Shown here: piece by piece, positions 13,386 through 26,434 of the stretch
How positions within the stretch are numbered: the stretch's first letter is position 1
Layout of the letters: each line of letters begins with the position of its first letter
Notes under the pieces: model-generated
The model's database searches: none
What the model was told of the DNA's origin: nothing
The model's input: the letters and a program-made list of their open reading frames with translations, nothing else
Made by a program: the position numbers and the translations under genes
Source: Ophelia neglecta
Taxonomy: Eukaryota
DNA length: 64,000 nucleotides
Direction: 5' to 3'
NCBI GenBank assembly: GCA_965285935.1
Contig: OZ260665.1
Span: 17,732,001 to 17,796,000 of the forward strand

Positions 13386-16300
13386 GAAAACTATCACGCA
13401 ATAGTGCCATTACGATGCTCACATCCTCTCTGGTATATGATTTAGGTGCCTTTTTATTTCTCCACTAGAGAGTCACTTGTCTGCTTTCACAACCACTATT
13501 AACAATGCACTGACTGGCTATAAGTGCCCTTTTGTCAATAAGCCCAGTTAACTCGGTACATACATGTAAATTGTATTCACCAATACCAGCTTTGCCATTT
13601 CTCTACTTTTCATGTATGTCTCCTTAGCAAAACTCATAGAATGAATTATATATCAAAAATATGGTTTGCCCAAATTTTCTTACTCCCGGTGGGTTTGGGT
13701 AGCGACTATTAACGTGCAGAAGAGAGAAAGAGGAGTGGATAGCCAGCAGAATTAATAAATATCTAGCTCAGAAACGTTCATTAGGTCAGTCTGTAAACAT
13801 CAACAACAATCAACTATAGGCGCACACCATTTAATCCATAGTTGCACACATAAACGATAACTTTGAATACACTTAACAGTAACAATAGAAAATTAGATAT
13901 GGCACTTGGAACACATATAAGAGTGATTGAACCAATGGTCAAGTTCAGCTTCCTTGTAAATAAATAAAATTTAGTGCCAGGTATATATATCTATTCATTG
14001 CCTTTCAGATCTACTCGATCCCCATGAATTATCCAAGCAGAGATTTATAGACAGCATGACAAAACGAGTTTTGCCAAATATGCTTTGTGTTTTGTGCGTT
14101 TGAACTTCAATACACAGATAAAAAAATCTTTGTTGCCAGTGTTTGAGTTGAATAACCATCATGATTCTGTGAGCTATATAGAGAGGACATTTTATGTTAT
14201 TTTCAACGTGTTTTCTTAGCCGAGAATTGACTTCATCATTCTGTAAACTCTTTTATTTTATTTTTATATTTTTTGGCTACTGACCCTTTGTCCCGAACGC
14301 ACTGACTAAATTTGTAACCTGACTTCATTTTTCCTCTAATTTACCCGCCTGATTATGTAGATTCACAATAATGAAGTAGTAACCACTTGTTTGTTTTTTT
14401 CAAATCTCGACGGATTGTTACACGGTTTTTAATGGCACTTATCAACCACGTCCAACAAAACGTGATTGGAAAGCGGCTTTCAGGACCACAAAATAGACCT
14501 GAATTTTGATCAAAAGTTTACTGTTTACGCCTTGATTACATACCTTCTATTTAAGCAAAGAATATTCGTTCCAAAATTCAATTTATTCATGCATGATTTT
14601 GATGCACCAAAAGTAGTACACCTTCATCGGCTTTTGAAGTTTTAATAGGTACACGACAACACGAAAATAAGTATACTGTCACTATTTACAAATTACCACA
14701 ACAAACCACAACGTATTTAATGATTAAGGGGACATATACTAATATTAAATCCTATTTCGTGACGTAAAGTCCTATTTAAAAACAAAGATTGTGGGCTTAA
14801 TTACTAGTAGGTTAAAGCTACGGAGTGACTAAGGTTTCGCAAAACATTATACACATATATTCAAACAAAGGCGTTGTGACACTTAAAGACATTGCATTGG
14901 TACATAATATTCAGGATGCATTATTTGCATGCATTCTCGTGCTAAGAGTTCCTATACAATTCGTACAGAAAAAGTCTCGAATTTATTTAAGACAGCGGCC
15001 CTGAACAGTTGGGAATCACTGAGAATAATAATCACTCCACATTGGTTTTCCAAGAAAAAGAGAAATCTATCCAAACTTCGCACGTTTCCAGGTGCCAAGA
15101 GGTTATTGGCGGATCTCGCCGTGGTATACAAAGGCATGATTTGAATCGTATTTGTAAACGTTAAAGTTTACAGTTCATTCCTTTACCACAGTCTTGTCGC
15201 TAGTTTTTGTTTTTTTTTGGATGAGGATTCCACCATGCCTTTATTCCCATACCCCCAATGATTAAGTACGCGCACATTATACTGAGGAGGTGCACAACAG
15301 ACCGATTCTCTGACTTGCTCCTACTCGGCAATGAAAGGCCTCGATCGACATAAGCACTGATCTACATAATAGCTAATCAAACATTTTGTTGTGAATTGCG
15401 TTCAGCTCTTCAACGAATCAAACACCACACTAATGTCATTCAATGTGTCAACACACGCGGCACATTCAACATTTTGAAAGCCACTAGACATTTTCGACAT
15501 ATCTTTATGCCTTTTTTTCAGGGAGCACATAGATGTTTGTGGCTCCACCGCCCACGCTTCCCGACGATTTCGGACCAATTTCATATAGTGTTCTAGACTA
15601 GTGATTTTACTCTGTCGGTCGAGTATCCGCTCCCATTGTTTATTTTTTGCGGATCTGCTCCTAAACATCGCTAAAACCGTCTTTCGTGGGTGCCATATAC
15701 GTTGCCAGTACATTTTAGAAGCCAACATCGGAATCACTATTATTAATCACTTAGGCAGTTCGACATAAATAACCCACCAGTGTACCATATGCCCGCCTAC
15801 GCTTTCATAATTCAGAGGAGCCAGTCCGGGTGTGTAAGAGCCAGCAAAAAGCCAAAGGAAAAGTATTAACCAATACTCGTCCACTAGATCGGTCCGCCTA
15901 CATCAATCCCGAGGTGCCAAGCAGTAAATAAACTTGTCATGCAAATGAAAAATATATTATTTCACTTGCAAAGGGAAGCATTCAACACTTTTCCCAAATG
16001 CCAGTCAGAACACTTAATAAACAAGTCTCCTCGCTATTAATTCAAATACCCCAGATTCAATCTTAAAAGTGTCCACGTATAAATGCCAAACACAATATTG
16101 TGCAACATTAATGGGCGTGTATCCTGTTAATGCGCCAAGTCATTTGTGTGTTTAAGCATTGCATTTTGAAGAAACTCATTTTTAAATTTACCACTGTAAT
16201 ATTATTCGCGAAATTTTTTTCTATGATCAATTTAAAAAAAAAAGGTTTCGAAAGCATCGATAAACTAGATTGTGCGATTGTGTCACACACAGATCATATT

Positions 16301-16562
16301 GATCTAAAGAACAGGCATTTTCCAGTTTTTGCTCAATTATTATAACGCATTTATTGTGTTAAAGTAAGTCACTTACCAATGGCAATAGGCAATCACTGAA
16401 ACACGTTCTCTTGCAGTTCCGACAGCTGGCAAGGTCGTAAAATCAATTTCACAGTTGGTTGGGGGTGATATATTCAAGTTTGGGTTTTTCTTGATACTTC
16501 AAACGACATTTCGGTGTCTTTTCTATAATCAATGCTAATTGCTATATGAATGTATTGCTATA

Positions 16563-16743
16563 CAGTGAAACTTGTGAATTAAGACCCCCCGAGGGCCTGG
16601 AAAATGGTGTTCTGATTTTGGAGGTGGTCTGTTTAGACAGGTTATTTTTAAACATTGGAAGTATACATCATGGTAATCCTATTAGTGGTCTGAATTGGCA
16701 GGTGGTCTGAATATAGAGGTGGTCTTAAAGGCAGGTATCACTG
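16563..16743 (+). mobile_element. Tc1/mariner-pogo type MITE (181 bp), copy 1
   Basis: TA|CAGTGAAAC...GTATCACTG|TA, with a TA TSD, CAGTG termini and internal (A)GGTGGTCT repeats. Homologous to 20221-20393 in reverse orientation. Confidence 0.9.
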
Positions 16744-18676
16744 TATATCACTTTACATAAACACATATAATACTACCACGTCCGATGTAGGGGATGTTTT
16801 CGAGAAAACATATTTGAAACACAGCTGAATAATATTGAACAGGCAGAGTCGGTTGTATGCTAACTTAACTTTGTATTGTGTCCAAATAGATGTGTTCATA
16901 ACATCATTTCCCTAAATCAATATGAAATAATGATCAGGGGATGCAAGACAAGACCCAAATACCGATTTTTCTACACAACATCTAGCACACTGGCAAAAAC
17001 TCGACGAGCAGTAATATGGGGACGAAAATAGTTCCCAATATAAAAGCGAATTAAATAAAGGCTTCTATGGTCCACATTCGTATGTCAACACCAATGAGTA
17101 CGAAAAGTGGACAGAGGAAGTGAATGTAATGGACATAGCTGAAGGACAGGAAGCGCAGAGACACCTGCAGGTTTAGACCCTTGTTTATGTGCAGGATTTG
17201 TGTAGGAGTCCGGCCCTCGATAAATCACGGGATCTGACACTGTGTTGACTGACAAATCCATGACACATAAGGTTACATGTATAACGGCCGGCTAATTCTA
17301 ATTGAATTCCCTGACCCATAAGCTAAATGTAATAGGTGTGAATGCCATGAATGCCTATGGTGGGTAAAGGCATAGGGCTGGGTATAAGCAGCATTACTTT
17401 TAAAAATTCTAAATTTTGTTGCGAATAGTACTCATTCCATATGCAAATTTAACATTTTAGACCAAGTCTGACGTATCACGACTACCGAAACTACTCAACT
17501 TGTGGCAGTATTGCTAGGCAAACCACATTTTTAATCTCCTGTTCCAAGGACCCCGCTTACATGAAAGGCTATTGCTGGGTGGTTAGTAACTTGTGGCAGT
17601 TATATTTAAAGATTTTGCAAGTGTCAAGTGACTATTATTTTTGTAATCAATGTTGAGTAAGATAAGTATTTATCCGAATTTGTGATGATTAATTTAATTA
17701 TCAATTTAAAATGGAAGACTTTTTCGACATTTAGCCCCGGAGTGTCAGTTTAGCTTGTGTTTGGTGTCTTCTCTCAGCTGCCGGGTAACTTCTTAATTCT
17801 TAGCAAACGAGCCGGGAAAATGTGACATTTAAGATCACGGTATAATTAAGCTGTTCCTTTTCAACCCCTTCAAAATTCTGACATCGGTAATCAGTATACT
17901 GCACGGCATTTCCAAGTATTTCCGATTCTATTTTAAACGCCTAGAATTAAACATGACCACCAAATTCCTAAAAGTAATCAGATAAACTTTATAAACAATT
18001 TCAAGTTACGAAATATGTTGGTTCGTATTTGGCATTGTGAACATATCAATGACAATTTTAGAACGCAGATTATGCATATGAGAAGGGTGCCTCGCCAACG
18101 TCGGCGCGCTAAGGTTAAAGTGAGTCAGTCGTATGCACCAAATCAGGTCTTAGCAACATACTATAGAAATAACAGAAAATTACACAAAGTGATAATTTAA
18201 GGATGTAACAATATAATTTCCTACTAAAGAGCGATTGTTGCAAGCGTATATTTATTTGTTGATCGTTTTCGGTCGGCCTGTCTACAAAGGTGAACAGCGA
18301 TGCTGACCTGATTTAAAGATGATAGCTTGGACACAAGAGGTCAAGCCGTTGTTATTTAGCAGAATTTAAAACCTCAATATCATAATGTAATTGCTTAAAT
18401 GAGTCAAACGTCAAATTTTCACCTTTAATATGGTCAATTAATGGGCGTTCATCGTTGTAAAACTATTGATGAATTGATCTTAAAGGCTGTTCACTGCATC
18501 AACGACCACAAGCCTTTTTCTCTTTAGTAGTTAGGGTCACATCCTTTTCATACCCATTAGCAATCAGAATGTAGATATGTTGACGAGAATGTTTATATGT
18601 CATTCGAACAGAAACCAGCTCATTATAAGATTCTCGTCAGGTGTCACCTTACCAAACACACATTGAAAATATACAT

Positions 18677-18778
18677 CATGGTTCATATACATGTTATTAA
18701 CACGCACTTTCGAACCAACCAGACCAATCGCAACAAAATATTGGATTTAACGTTGAATATCGGGTCTCCCACTACTCA
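18677..18778 (+). repeat. 102-bp segment whose two halves recur in swapped order at 20019-20053 and 20656-20727
   Basis: Half A (CATGGTTCATATACATGTTATTAAC...AAAATATTGGATTT) is near-identical to 20656-20727. Half B (GATTTAACGTTGAATATCGGGTCTCCCACTACTCA) is identical to 20019-20053. Confidence 0.9.
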
Positions 18779-19282
18779 ACAATTCATATTATTCTCCATT
18801 TATTGTAAGTGTACGTCTCTAACGTACTGGGTTTCATCGAAATTTGAGATATGCCCTCAGCTGCAATAAAATACATCCAATGGATATAATATTATATTAC
18901 ATATGCCGTCAATAATTACATACCTTTCCTCCAAGGGCTACCGTTGAAAATAACCAGGCTGCAGATATGTATCAATAAAAAACGCAGTTTAGACTAGGCC
19001 TATATTATTTGCTTCGACATATCAAATATCATGTGTTGACTGCTTATTTGATGAGTGTTTCGTGTTCTACAAACTCAATTGCCATGAAGTGGACTGAAGG
19101 ACCTTTGCCGGTATTTGAAACAGTTACCTGTAAGACCCGTGCTGTACTGATTAATTGGGAAACCTAATCTCTGAAAGGTGATCCTGAAAGTCGAACTATT
19201 CATCAGCGAGAGAAATATGATAAGTGAATGTAACAAACACTGACATGATGATACGTCTTTGAAGCATACTTGATAAATATAT

Positions 19283-19326
<44 letters not shown>
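19283..19326. repeat. Compound microsatellite (TA)9(TG)13
   Basis: Read directly from the sequence. Confidence 0.95.
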
Positions 19327-19327
<1 letters not shown>

Positions 19328-20220
19328 TCTGCATGTGGTCATATTTCATTTCTAAGTGAATTAAAAAAGTGAATACAGTATGCCCTGTTATTGTTGAACT
19401 CTGTTCCAACGTCAATATATGTAATCTTCATTAAATGTACGAGGCTTCCTGTATTTGGCGCTGTACACTCTGCGCTGCTAGAAATAAACGAATAACTCTT
19501 CACTTACCCTAGCCTCACCCCGCGCTCAGTGCATGCCAGAGGAGTAATGTCAGGCAAACATCAAAGCGACCCCAGCGTCTGAGACAAAGACACAACATAT
19601 AATGAGCAATGGTAAGGAAATATGTGCGTCTTTAAGCGTCATATCAACAGCACTCGAAGTAGGCAAGTCAATGCCATCGGTTTTTTAGCAAGACGGAACT
19701 ATCGATCAGTAAGCAAATATGACCGCCGATGAGAGAAGCAGGTTTATTGCCATCGGCAACGAATAAACCATTAGGGTGCTATATGTCAAGGCCAATTGAA
19801 CGCTCAGATATGGGTGTTTGGCCAATTTCGTCATGCGTTTCCGGGTCGTAAATTTGATCTTTCTCCTTGGCGTTTTCGTGGAGCCAGTATTCATAACCAC
19901 GCAGATATGTGACTGGTAAATCGAATTCCTAACCTTGCTGTTGTAGGAAAATATTAGTGAATTTTGTCACTATTATAAGCCTCGTGCTTTCAAATACAAG
20001 TGATGCAAGAAGCTAAGTGATTTAACGTTGAATATCGGGTCTCCCACTACTCATTTTCTTAATTACACAAATTAGAGAATAATTTGAATATCACACAAAA
20101 AAACTCTTAAACGTGAATGGCTCATTTTACGTACAAAGCTGACAAGGGTTGCTTAGCAGTGAAATGCAGTGGTTGATCTCAATACTCTCGTAGATGAGGC
20201 GGTTTCACAATACACGAATA

Positions 20221-20393
20221 CAGTGAAACCTGCCTTAAAGGCCACCTCTATATTCAGACCAACTGCCAGCTCAGACCACTTATAGGAGGGCCATGATGTA
20301 TCCTTCCAATGTTAAATAACCTAAAGAGAGCACCTCAAAAATCAGACCAGCATTTCCAGACCCTTGGGTGGTCTGAATTCACGGGTTTTACCG
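20221..20393 (-). mobile_element. Tc1/mariner-pogo type MITE, copy 2 (inverted relative to copy 1)
   Basis: TA|CAGTGAAACCTGCCTTAAAGGCCACCTCTATATTCAGACC...TTTTACCG|TA. The reverse complement aligns along the length of 16563-16743. Confidence 0.9.
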
Positions 20394-20561
20394 TACAAGC
20401 ATTTGATGTCTTTTCGCGAGAGCATGCTTCTCTGTATAATCCCAGGGGTTTGATTTTGTTTTTGGGAGAAACAGGTTTGAGGGTAGCCCGGTGAATAATT
20501 CTGCTTATTCCAAATAATCAAAAATTAGGAATATCCGCTTGTTCAATGTTGAAAAGCCTGC

Positions 20562-20575
20562 GTTTCCATGGCAAC
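20562..20575. promoter_or_regulatory. X-box (RFX) consensus motif, probably TE-borne
   Basis: GTTTCCATGGCAAC matches GTTNCCATGGNAAC. Related motifs lie near 5792 and 5933. No associated gene is visible. Confidence 0.25.
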
Positions 20576-21116
20576 AAGTGGCTTAGATTATTTTCTCAGT
20601 GCCTGAGTTAAAATGAATAGTTATGTCATTCCAGAAAAGCGATAAATGAATGAAACATGGTTCATATACATGTTATTAACAAGCAATTTCGAACCAACCA
20701 ACCCAATCGCAACAAAATATTGGATTTTCAAGGAAGCGGAGAAAATATGAAGAAAAAAATGCTTAAAATTATTAATTTTGTCTAAGTTTGCTTTTAATTA
20801 GTGGACGTTACCATTGTGTTGCGTTGCAATACAAAGAGGAAACCGCTCTAGCTCTTGGACTAAATGTTTCCATATGATATGTTTGAAGAAAAATCGTCGG
20901 CAAGTTGATAGGTTTGAACACAATGCATTATTAAAAGGTTATCAGTGTTAATATAATGTTATAATATATGATATATATGATATATGTTATAATATATAAT
21001 ATATGACGAAGGGGTTTACCTATGAAGTGATGCACAGTGTGTGTTTTTCATTCCTGTCTACCAACTATGATATTGGTAGGTGTGCTGACTCGGTACATTA
21101 TATCCCAAGCGATAAT

Positions 21117-21476
21117 CGAATTCAAAATACGGTGACATCTTCGGACTATCATCCGTCGTCTGACTGTATAACAAAAATGCGCTTAAATACACAATTGGCC
21201 AACATCCTTCTTATTATCCTTCGTGCCCAAACGGTAGGAACTAAATGACCGAATATGCTATTGCTTTGCTAGCACTGGCAATAATAAGTAGTCTACTGTT
21301 TCCACTGGTGATTAGAGCACACATCTAACGAGCCATTTGTCAGGTATTGTCTTCTCCGATGGATTATACTGTGAGGAGTTTTCACTATTCCGATCTCATT
21401 CCGGGGAAATGGCCGATAAAAGGGTGAAAACATGTCTACCACACTGCTGAATATCGGAGATGTCTTCTTCAATCAT
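21117..21476 (-). mobile_element. Possible decayed LINE ORF1 (CR1/L1-type coiled-coil + RRM) remnant
   Basis: One frame with stops: MIEEDISDIQQCGRHVFTLLSAISPE*...SYRLGTKDNKKD...RRRMIVRR. It resembles EE..DDLEQYSRR..L.I.GIPE ... HRLG ... R..I.R. Confidence 0.3.
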
Positions 21477-24400
21477 TCACTACAACTTTTTTACAAATTT
21501 GCATATTTACCCACTATTATGGGCACTTCATCGTAATTTGCATAGATAATACAACAGGCATTTCAAAAATTAACGTTAGATCTACTGTGCTTTAGGAATG
21601 TTCCTAATACGTTGCCATCGCGAATATGGTTTATAACAGTATTTGCGACCATATTAGCCATGTAGGATCTTTACAAATCGCAAGTCAAGATTGTAGCTAT
21701 ATTTATAATATGCATGAGTTATAGAGTTAACAAAGCCTTCCCAGTCTAAGTAAGGTTCGCTTCCTTGGTCAAGGTGACGTACTCGTTCAATCATGATTCT
21801 AATTAGACTTGAAGTGATGCCGGTAAGTAAATGGCCTCCTTATTAATTGAATCCTGACCGCCCATGATCACACGACTTTGAATTGTCATTACTGACAATA
21901 ATGGTAAGCTAATGATATACATGAGAATGAAGGTCTCTTTCGAGAAAATATCAACAGAGCTAGCCTACAGCTTATACCAGTGAAGCTGTAAAATAATTAT
22001 TCCATTGGCTGCAGAAACAGGGTTGGATGTTTGGAATGAATTTATGAAGCGTGTACTGAGCCAGTTTGCTAATTTCTACCTGCATGTACCCAGTTCGCAA
22101 TGATACATTATCAATATAAAGAAAAAAGGAAAATATGACATATATATTACTTTCTAAGTATTATGCTGTGAAAGTAATTCTCCTTCAATTAAGTGATATA
22201 ACATAAAACAAAAGTTGCTCTTTGAGGATCCTTTAAAAAAAACATATGTACAATTAAAGTTATGTTAAACATAAAGATAATTCTATAGTTTGACTCCTAT
22301 ACATGTTACTGATTTTGCACAAACATAATTATTTTTAAAGGCACGAGCAGGTTATTAACCTGTCTGGTATATGGCTCGGCATCTGCATGAACATTTATTG
22401 TAAAAATGTCATTAAATTTATGGGGTTGCATGCATTTCATAAAAATAAACATAATGCAAAGGATTACTGATATATTTTTAAAGCTGGTAGAATTTAAAAA
22501 ATAAACAACTTTTCAATTGATTTAAGATCTTTATGCGTTATTTAAAATTCATGTAGACTACGGTACCTTGCTTTTAGACCATTAAAATGTGTTCTGACTT
22601 GAGATTATACACTCTAATGAAGCACCCTTAGCAGAACACACTTACACTTTCAATGTAAAAACAACGCTTTTTTACCCAAAAGTGCACAAGCCGAGGCCGC
22701 ATAAATGCAAGATTATTTTTTTACATATTTAAGTCATATGTTACATATATTGTCTACAAGATCACTTGAAGTGATTTCTGGTTTATTATAGTTACACTTA
22801 TACTGGACCTATAAGTCATGTCCTTGTAAAAAAGATCTAAAATCTAATGGGGTCAGTTGATTTTCGGCATTATTAATTCATGGTAAATCTTCGCCTGCAC
22901 ATGTAACAGAGAAAAACTGGTCGTACAGAATTGGGCATTAGGCGTTTGACATTTAACATATATAACTCTTTTTCTTGGACTGTAGGGAAGTATGATACAG
23001 TACAGACACGTAGAACTGCTAGACTGGCGACCCTGTTTCGGTCCAAGGCCAAGGCCTGGGCGTTCTTTAAACGGGTGGTAGTTTTTTGGCCATACGGTCT
23101 TTTTGCGCCTGTTCGGGGTGAGATAGGCCCCAGGGCGTATGATTATGCTAAAATGTATAAAACCATATGTTTAGAATTTAAGATTAAATGGAATTACCTG
23201 CACCATTCCGTTTAGGGAAAGACCAATGATACACAGGTGTTGATTTTTGAATGTTTTCTGTTGTCTTAACTTTTATGCTTGATTTTTAACTATATATCTA
23301 AATGCGCAATCATTACCAACCAATCCTGAAGAAAAAAACAGTGTGATTGGTTTATAAGTAAGGCGACGATGATATGAAACAATTTGCCATTTTGCCTTTC
23401 GTCGAACTTGCTGTCGGTGTATAATATGGTGAGTGACGATGTTTATAATGAACTTGCTTGCCTCTCTGAACTAATTAAATAGTATCTTATCTATTAGCGT
23501 TGGCAAAGAATGCAAAAGGTACCATTTTACTTGATTATATATCAAACATTAGCATGTTTCTAAAAAACTTTCAATTCGCGTTTTTCGTACCGGATATATG
23601 GGCCGTTAAGCTGTACGACAGCCGAAGGGCTTGCTCCGAAAGAGGTGTAAAAGATATATCCAATGCATCCATGTTTACACGTTGGATGGGAATCTCCTTA
23701 TGGACACTTTATAGCCTTAATAATATTAAATTGGGTCTCACAGATGCTGCCAATCGATGTTTTGATGTACGGCGGGCAATCAAGTATTTACAATCGGTCG
23801 ATGGTAGGTATTATATGGCTGTTTATTATAGGCCACAGATGGAAATTTGAAGATTAGTTAGAGAAAATTCTAGGGAATAATTAATCATTTCCCCTATTTG
23901 GAGCAGTGACTCCTTGGATTTGTGTATTTTTGTTCTTCATAGCAGAGGATAACTTGTTGTTATTTTCACATTGTATTTGATATGGATTGGCTGTTAGCAT
24001 GAAGTGCCAGCAGAAAGCAACACGAATATCTTCTTATTGGGTTCGTCTCATGACAATCGATTGGACCAGATCGGTCCCAGGGTAAATATGGGACACCCCA
24101 TTGTGCTTAGCAACAATAATAGGCAAACGATGCCAATAGTAAGTATCTAAAATAAAAATTCAACTCCTTGTAGCTACAATTAAAAAAATTTGAAGTGAAG
24201 TAGTATATATGCTGCCACTAAATTCCGTGTAAACCACCAACAGCAAATAATGCACAGGAGTGCAACAGTAGATCAAGTATAAACGTAATGGAGAAAAGTA
24301 GTTGTACTTGTACAGTAGCTGTAAAAGAAATTGTGACAAGGGGAAAATAAAAGTTCCAACCGACTTATTCTATCCCCCTGGATAAAATTTACTTTGCCTT

Positions 24401-24499
24401 CATTACTTCAATTTGTCCACAAAGTACACAGGATCATATATATAAGCAATTATATGTGTAGAAAGACTGAATATTTTAGTATAAGGAAATCACGGGGGA

Positions 24500-25240
24500 A
24501 AACAAAGTAAAGATAGGCAAATTCTTTTTTTTACAAAATACATTAGTTTGATAAATAAAACGAGTCAAGCAGTTTACATCCAATATAACATTTCACATTA
24601 TTTTTCAAAGACCACATACTAAAATTTAAGTTAAGGGCACCGGATAAGCTATTATATGCTAGTATATGATATCGTATATTTCGAGTTTATCTAAAAGGAG
24701 GCGGATGCAAGGTTTCAGTATGTCTAGTTTGAATTTATATTTTTATAATAGTACCCATTGAAAGTAAAAAGACTCTGAATAGTCGCAGATAACTGGCCAC
24801 GAAAACAAATTATACATGAAGATAGTAACAGAAAGATTGGTAATAAATGTCTGGTGAGTTTAATATACTCCTTCCATGATAAAAAGGAATCATCCGAGAA
24901 ACCAAGAAACGTTGTTCTCTCTGTGCCGGAGACTGTCATTTTAATAATTAATCACTGGATAGTTATTTTGTAAGAGAGCTTTTGTCAAAACCATAATTTA
25001 GGTTTTTTTAATATTGAGGCTTAACTTTTTTTTTATTTCAGAGCAATTAACAACTAAGTCAATTTCGGAATCAAATTTAGAAACAACATAATTTATATTG
25101 CTGCCGGAAATGAAAGCGTAAAAGTCATCGGTAAATAATATCGAGTCAAGAATATCGCTTACATTGGCAATGTCGTTTATGTATACAAAAGAAAAAGCAA
25201 TGGGCTTTAAATAGAGCCTTGAGGCATCCCGCACTTGACC
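24500..25240 (-). mobile_element. 5'-truncated, decayed CR1/L2-group LINE (reverse transcriptase C-terminal part)
   Basis: VKCGMPQGSI*SPLLFLL(frameshift)YINDIANVSDILDSILFTDD...KLSLNIKKT...TFLGFSDDSFLSWKEYI, matching RT motifs GVPQGS.LGP, YIND, FADD, LSLN..KT and FLG..D..L.W..HI. The 3' boundary is approximate. Confidence 0.92.
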
Positions 25241-25244
25241 CGGG

Positions 25245-25426
25245 TAGTAGCAGGACTGATCCATCCGGTGTCAGTATAATATGACTGGGTGGGGTTCCGT
25301 GTCTGGGGTCTACAGCAGGTACTATAAAGCGGGCACTGAGCCCACTGTCACAAGTAGGCTCCGTGGCGATATGACCAGATAAGTGTTAAAAGCCAGGTAA
25401 AACCCCTAACAACTAACCAACCAACC
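25245..25426 (+). mobile_element. 5'-truncated Meta/MESC-type SINE (core + 3' tail)
   Basis: AGGACTGATCCATCCGGTGTCAGTATAATATGACTGGGTGGGG...GTCACAAGTAGGCTCCGTGGCGATATGACC...GTAAAACCC followed by an (AACC)n tail. It resembles molluscan Meta-domain SINEs as I recall them; the tRNA head is missing. Confidence 0.75.
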
Positions 25427-25995
25427 CCACACTCGACTGGCTTGCATGTTGAGAATGTAAAATCAAAGCCAATAAAATTACAAACGTTCATTTAGATAGG
25501 TTACAACTTTCAACAGTTGTATTGCCATGGTATAAATGGAAATACTTTTCAGCCGGATGCAGTATGTGTGGTTCTGAAACCCAACCACCTACTTGGTATT
25601 ACCACCATGCTTATAAGCTATTCCGCGAATAATGACTTATTTTTGCGTCCTTATGTGCAACTGGATTCACCCTATGTTAATAATCTCTTGCATAAAATAC
25701 AAAATGTCGAAACTTAAAAAGCACATTAGTAATGGCTCGGTTGAACAGTCGTACCATTCTATGTTTACTGATGTTACACATGCCTGCCATCATGTATATA
25801 GTGCTATTCAAACAACAATGCCCAAACTCGATGGCAAATAAAAAAAAAGTCCCCACTGAAGTTGTGCGTCGGCAAATATTAATTCTTTTGCCTCACGCCG
25901 TTTTATGTAAAATGTTATAAGCCGATGAATTAAATATATGTATAGAACAGTGAGTTATGAAGTGTGCTTCGCAAGATGTTAGGAATCACCTTATT

Positions 25996-26434
25996 TGACT
26001 ACTTTTAATTGTTTAAGATAAAAGAATTCGAATTTCGAAGGCACTATTTTGTGGGCATGCGACCTTTTTGTTTCAAATGATTTAGGACTGAATTAACTAT
26101 TTTTTTTAATAATTTTGTTTCATCTTCATTGTAGGAAGTTTTATTCAATCTGTAAGGTCTTGTTTAAACCTGTGATCTCCAATTACGAATAAATATCATA
26201 TGTGTACATGCTTTCTTGAACAAAATAACTTGACCCTCAATATGCAAAGTTTTCGAAAGATCGCTAATATAATTTGGTAGCCGCATGTTCGTTTAAACGA
26301 AAAATTATTAGACAAAATTATTAAAAAGAATAATTAATATAGTCCTAAATCATTGGAAACAAATAAGTTGCATGCCCACAAAATAGAGCATTCGAAATTC
26401 GAATTCTTTTATCTTAAATAATTAAAAGTAGTCA
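25996..26434. mobile_element. MITE with about 125-bp terminal inverted repeats
   Basis: The left arm TGACTACTTTTAATTGTTTAAGATAAAAGAATTCGAATTTCGAAGGCACTATTTTGTGGGCATGC... is the reverse complement of 26310-26434 with few mismatches. Confidence 0.9.

Noticed and set aside
15402-15737. 111-aa minus-strand ORF
   Set aside because: No recognisable domain or supporting splice sites.
16940-17175. Coding-like frame HWQKLDEQ*YG...YEKWTEEVNVMDIAEGQEAQRHLQ
   Set aside because: Contains a stop, has no clear acceptor and matches no family I recognise.
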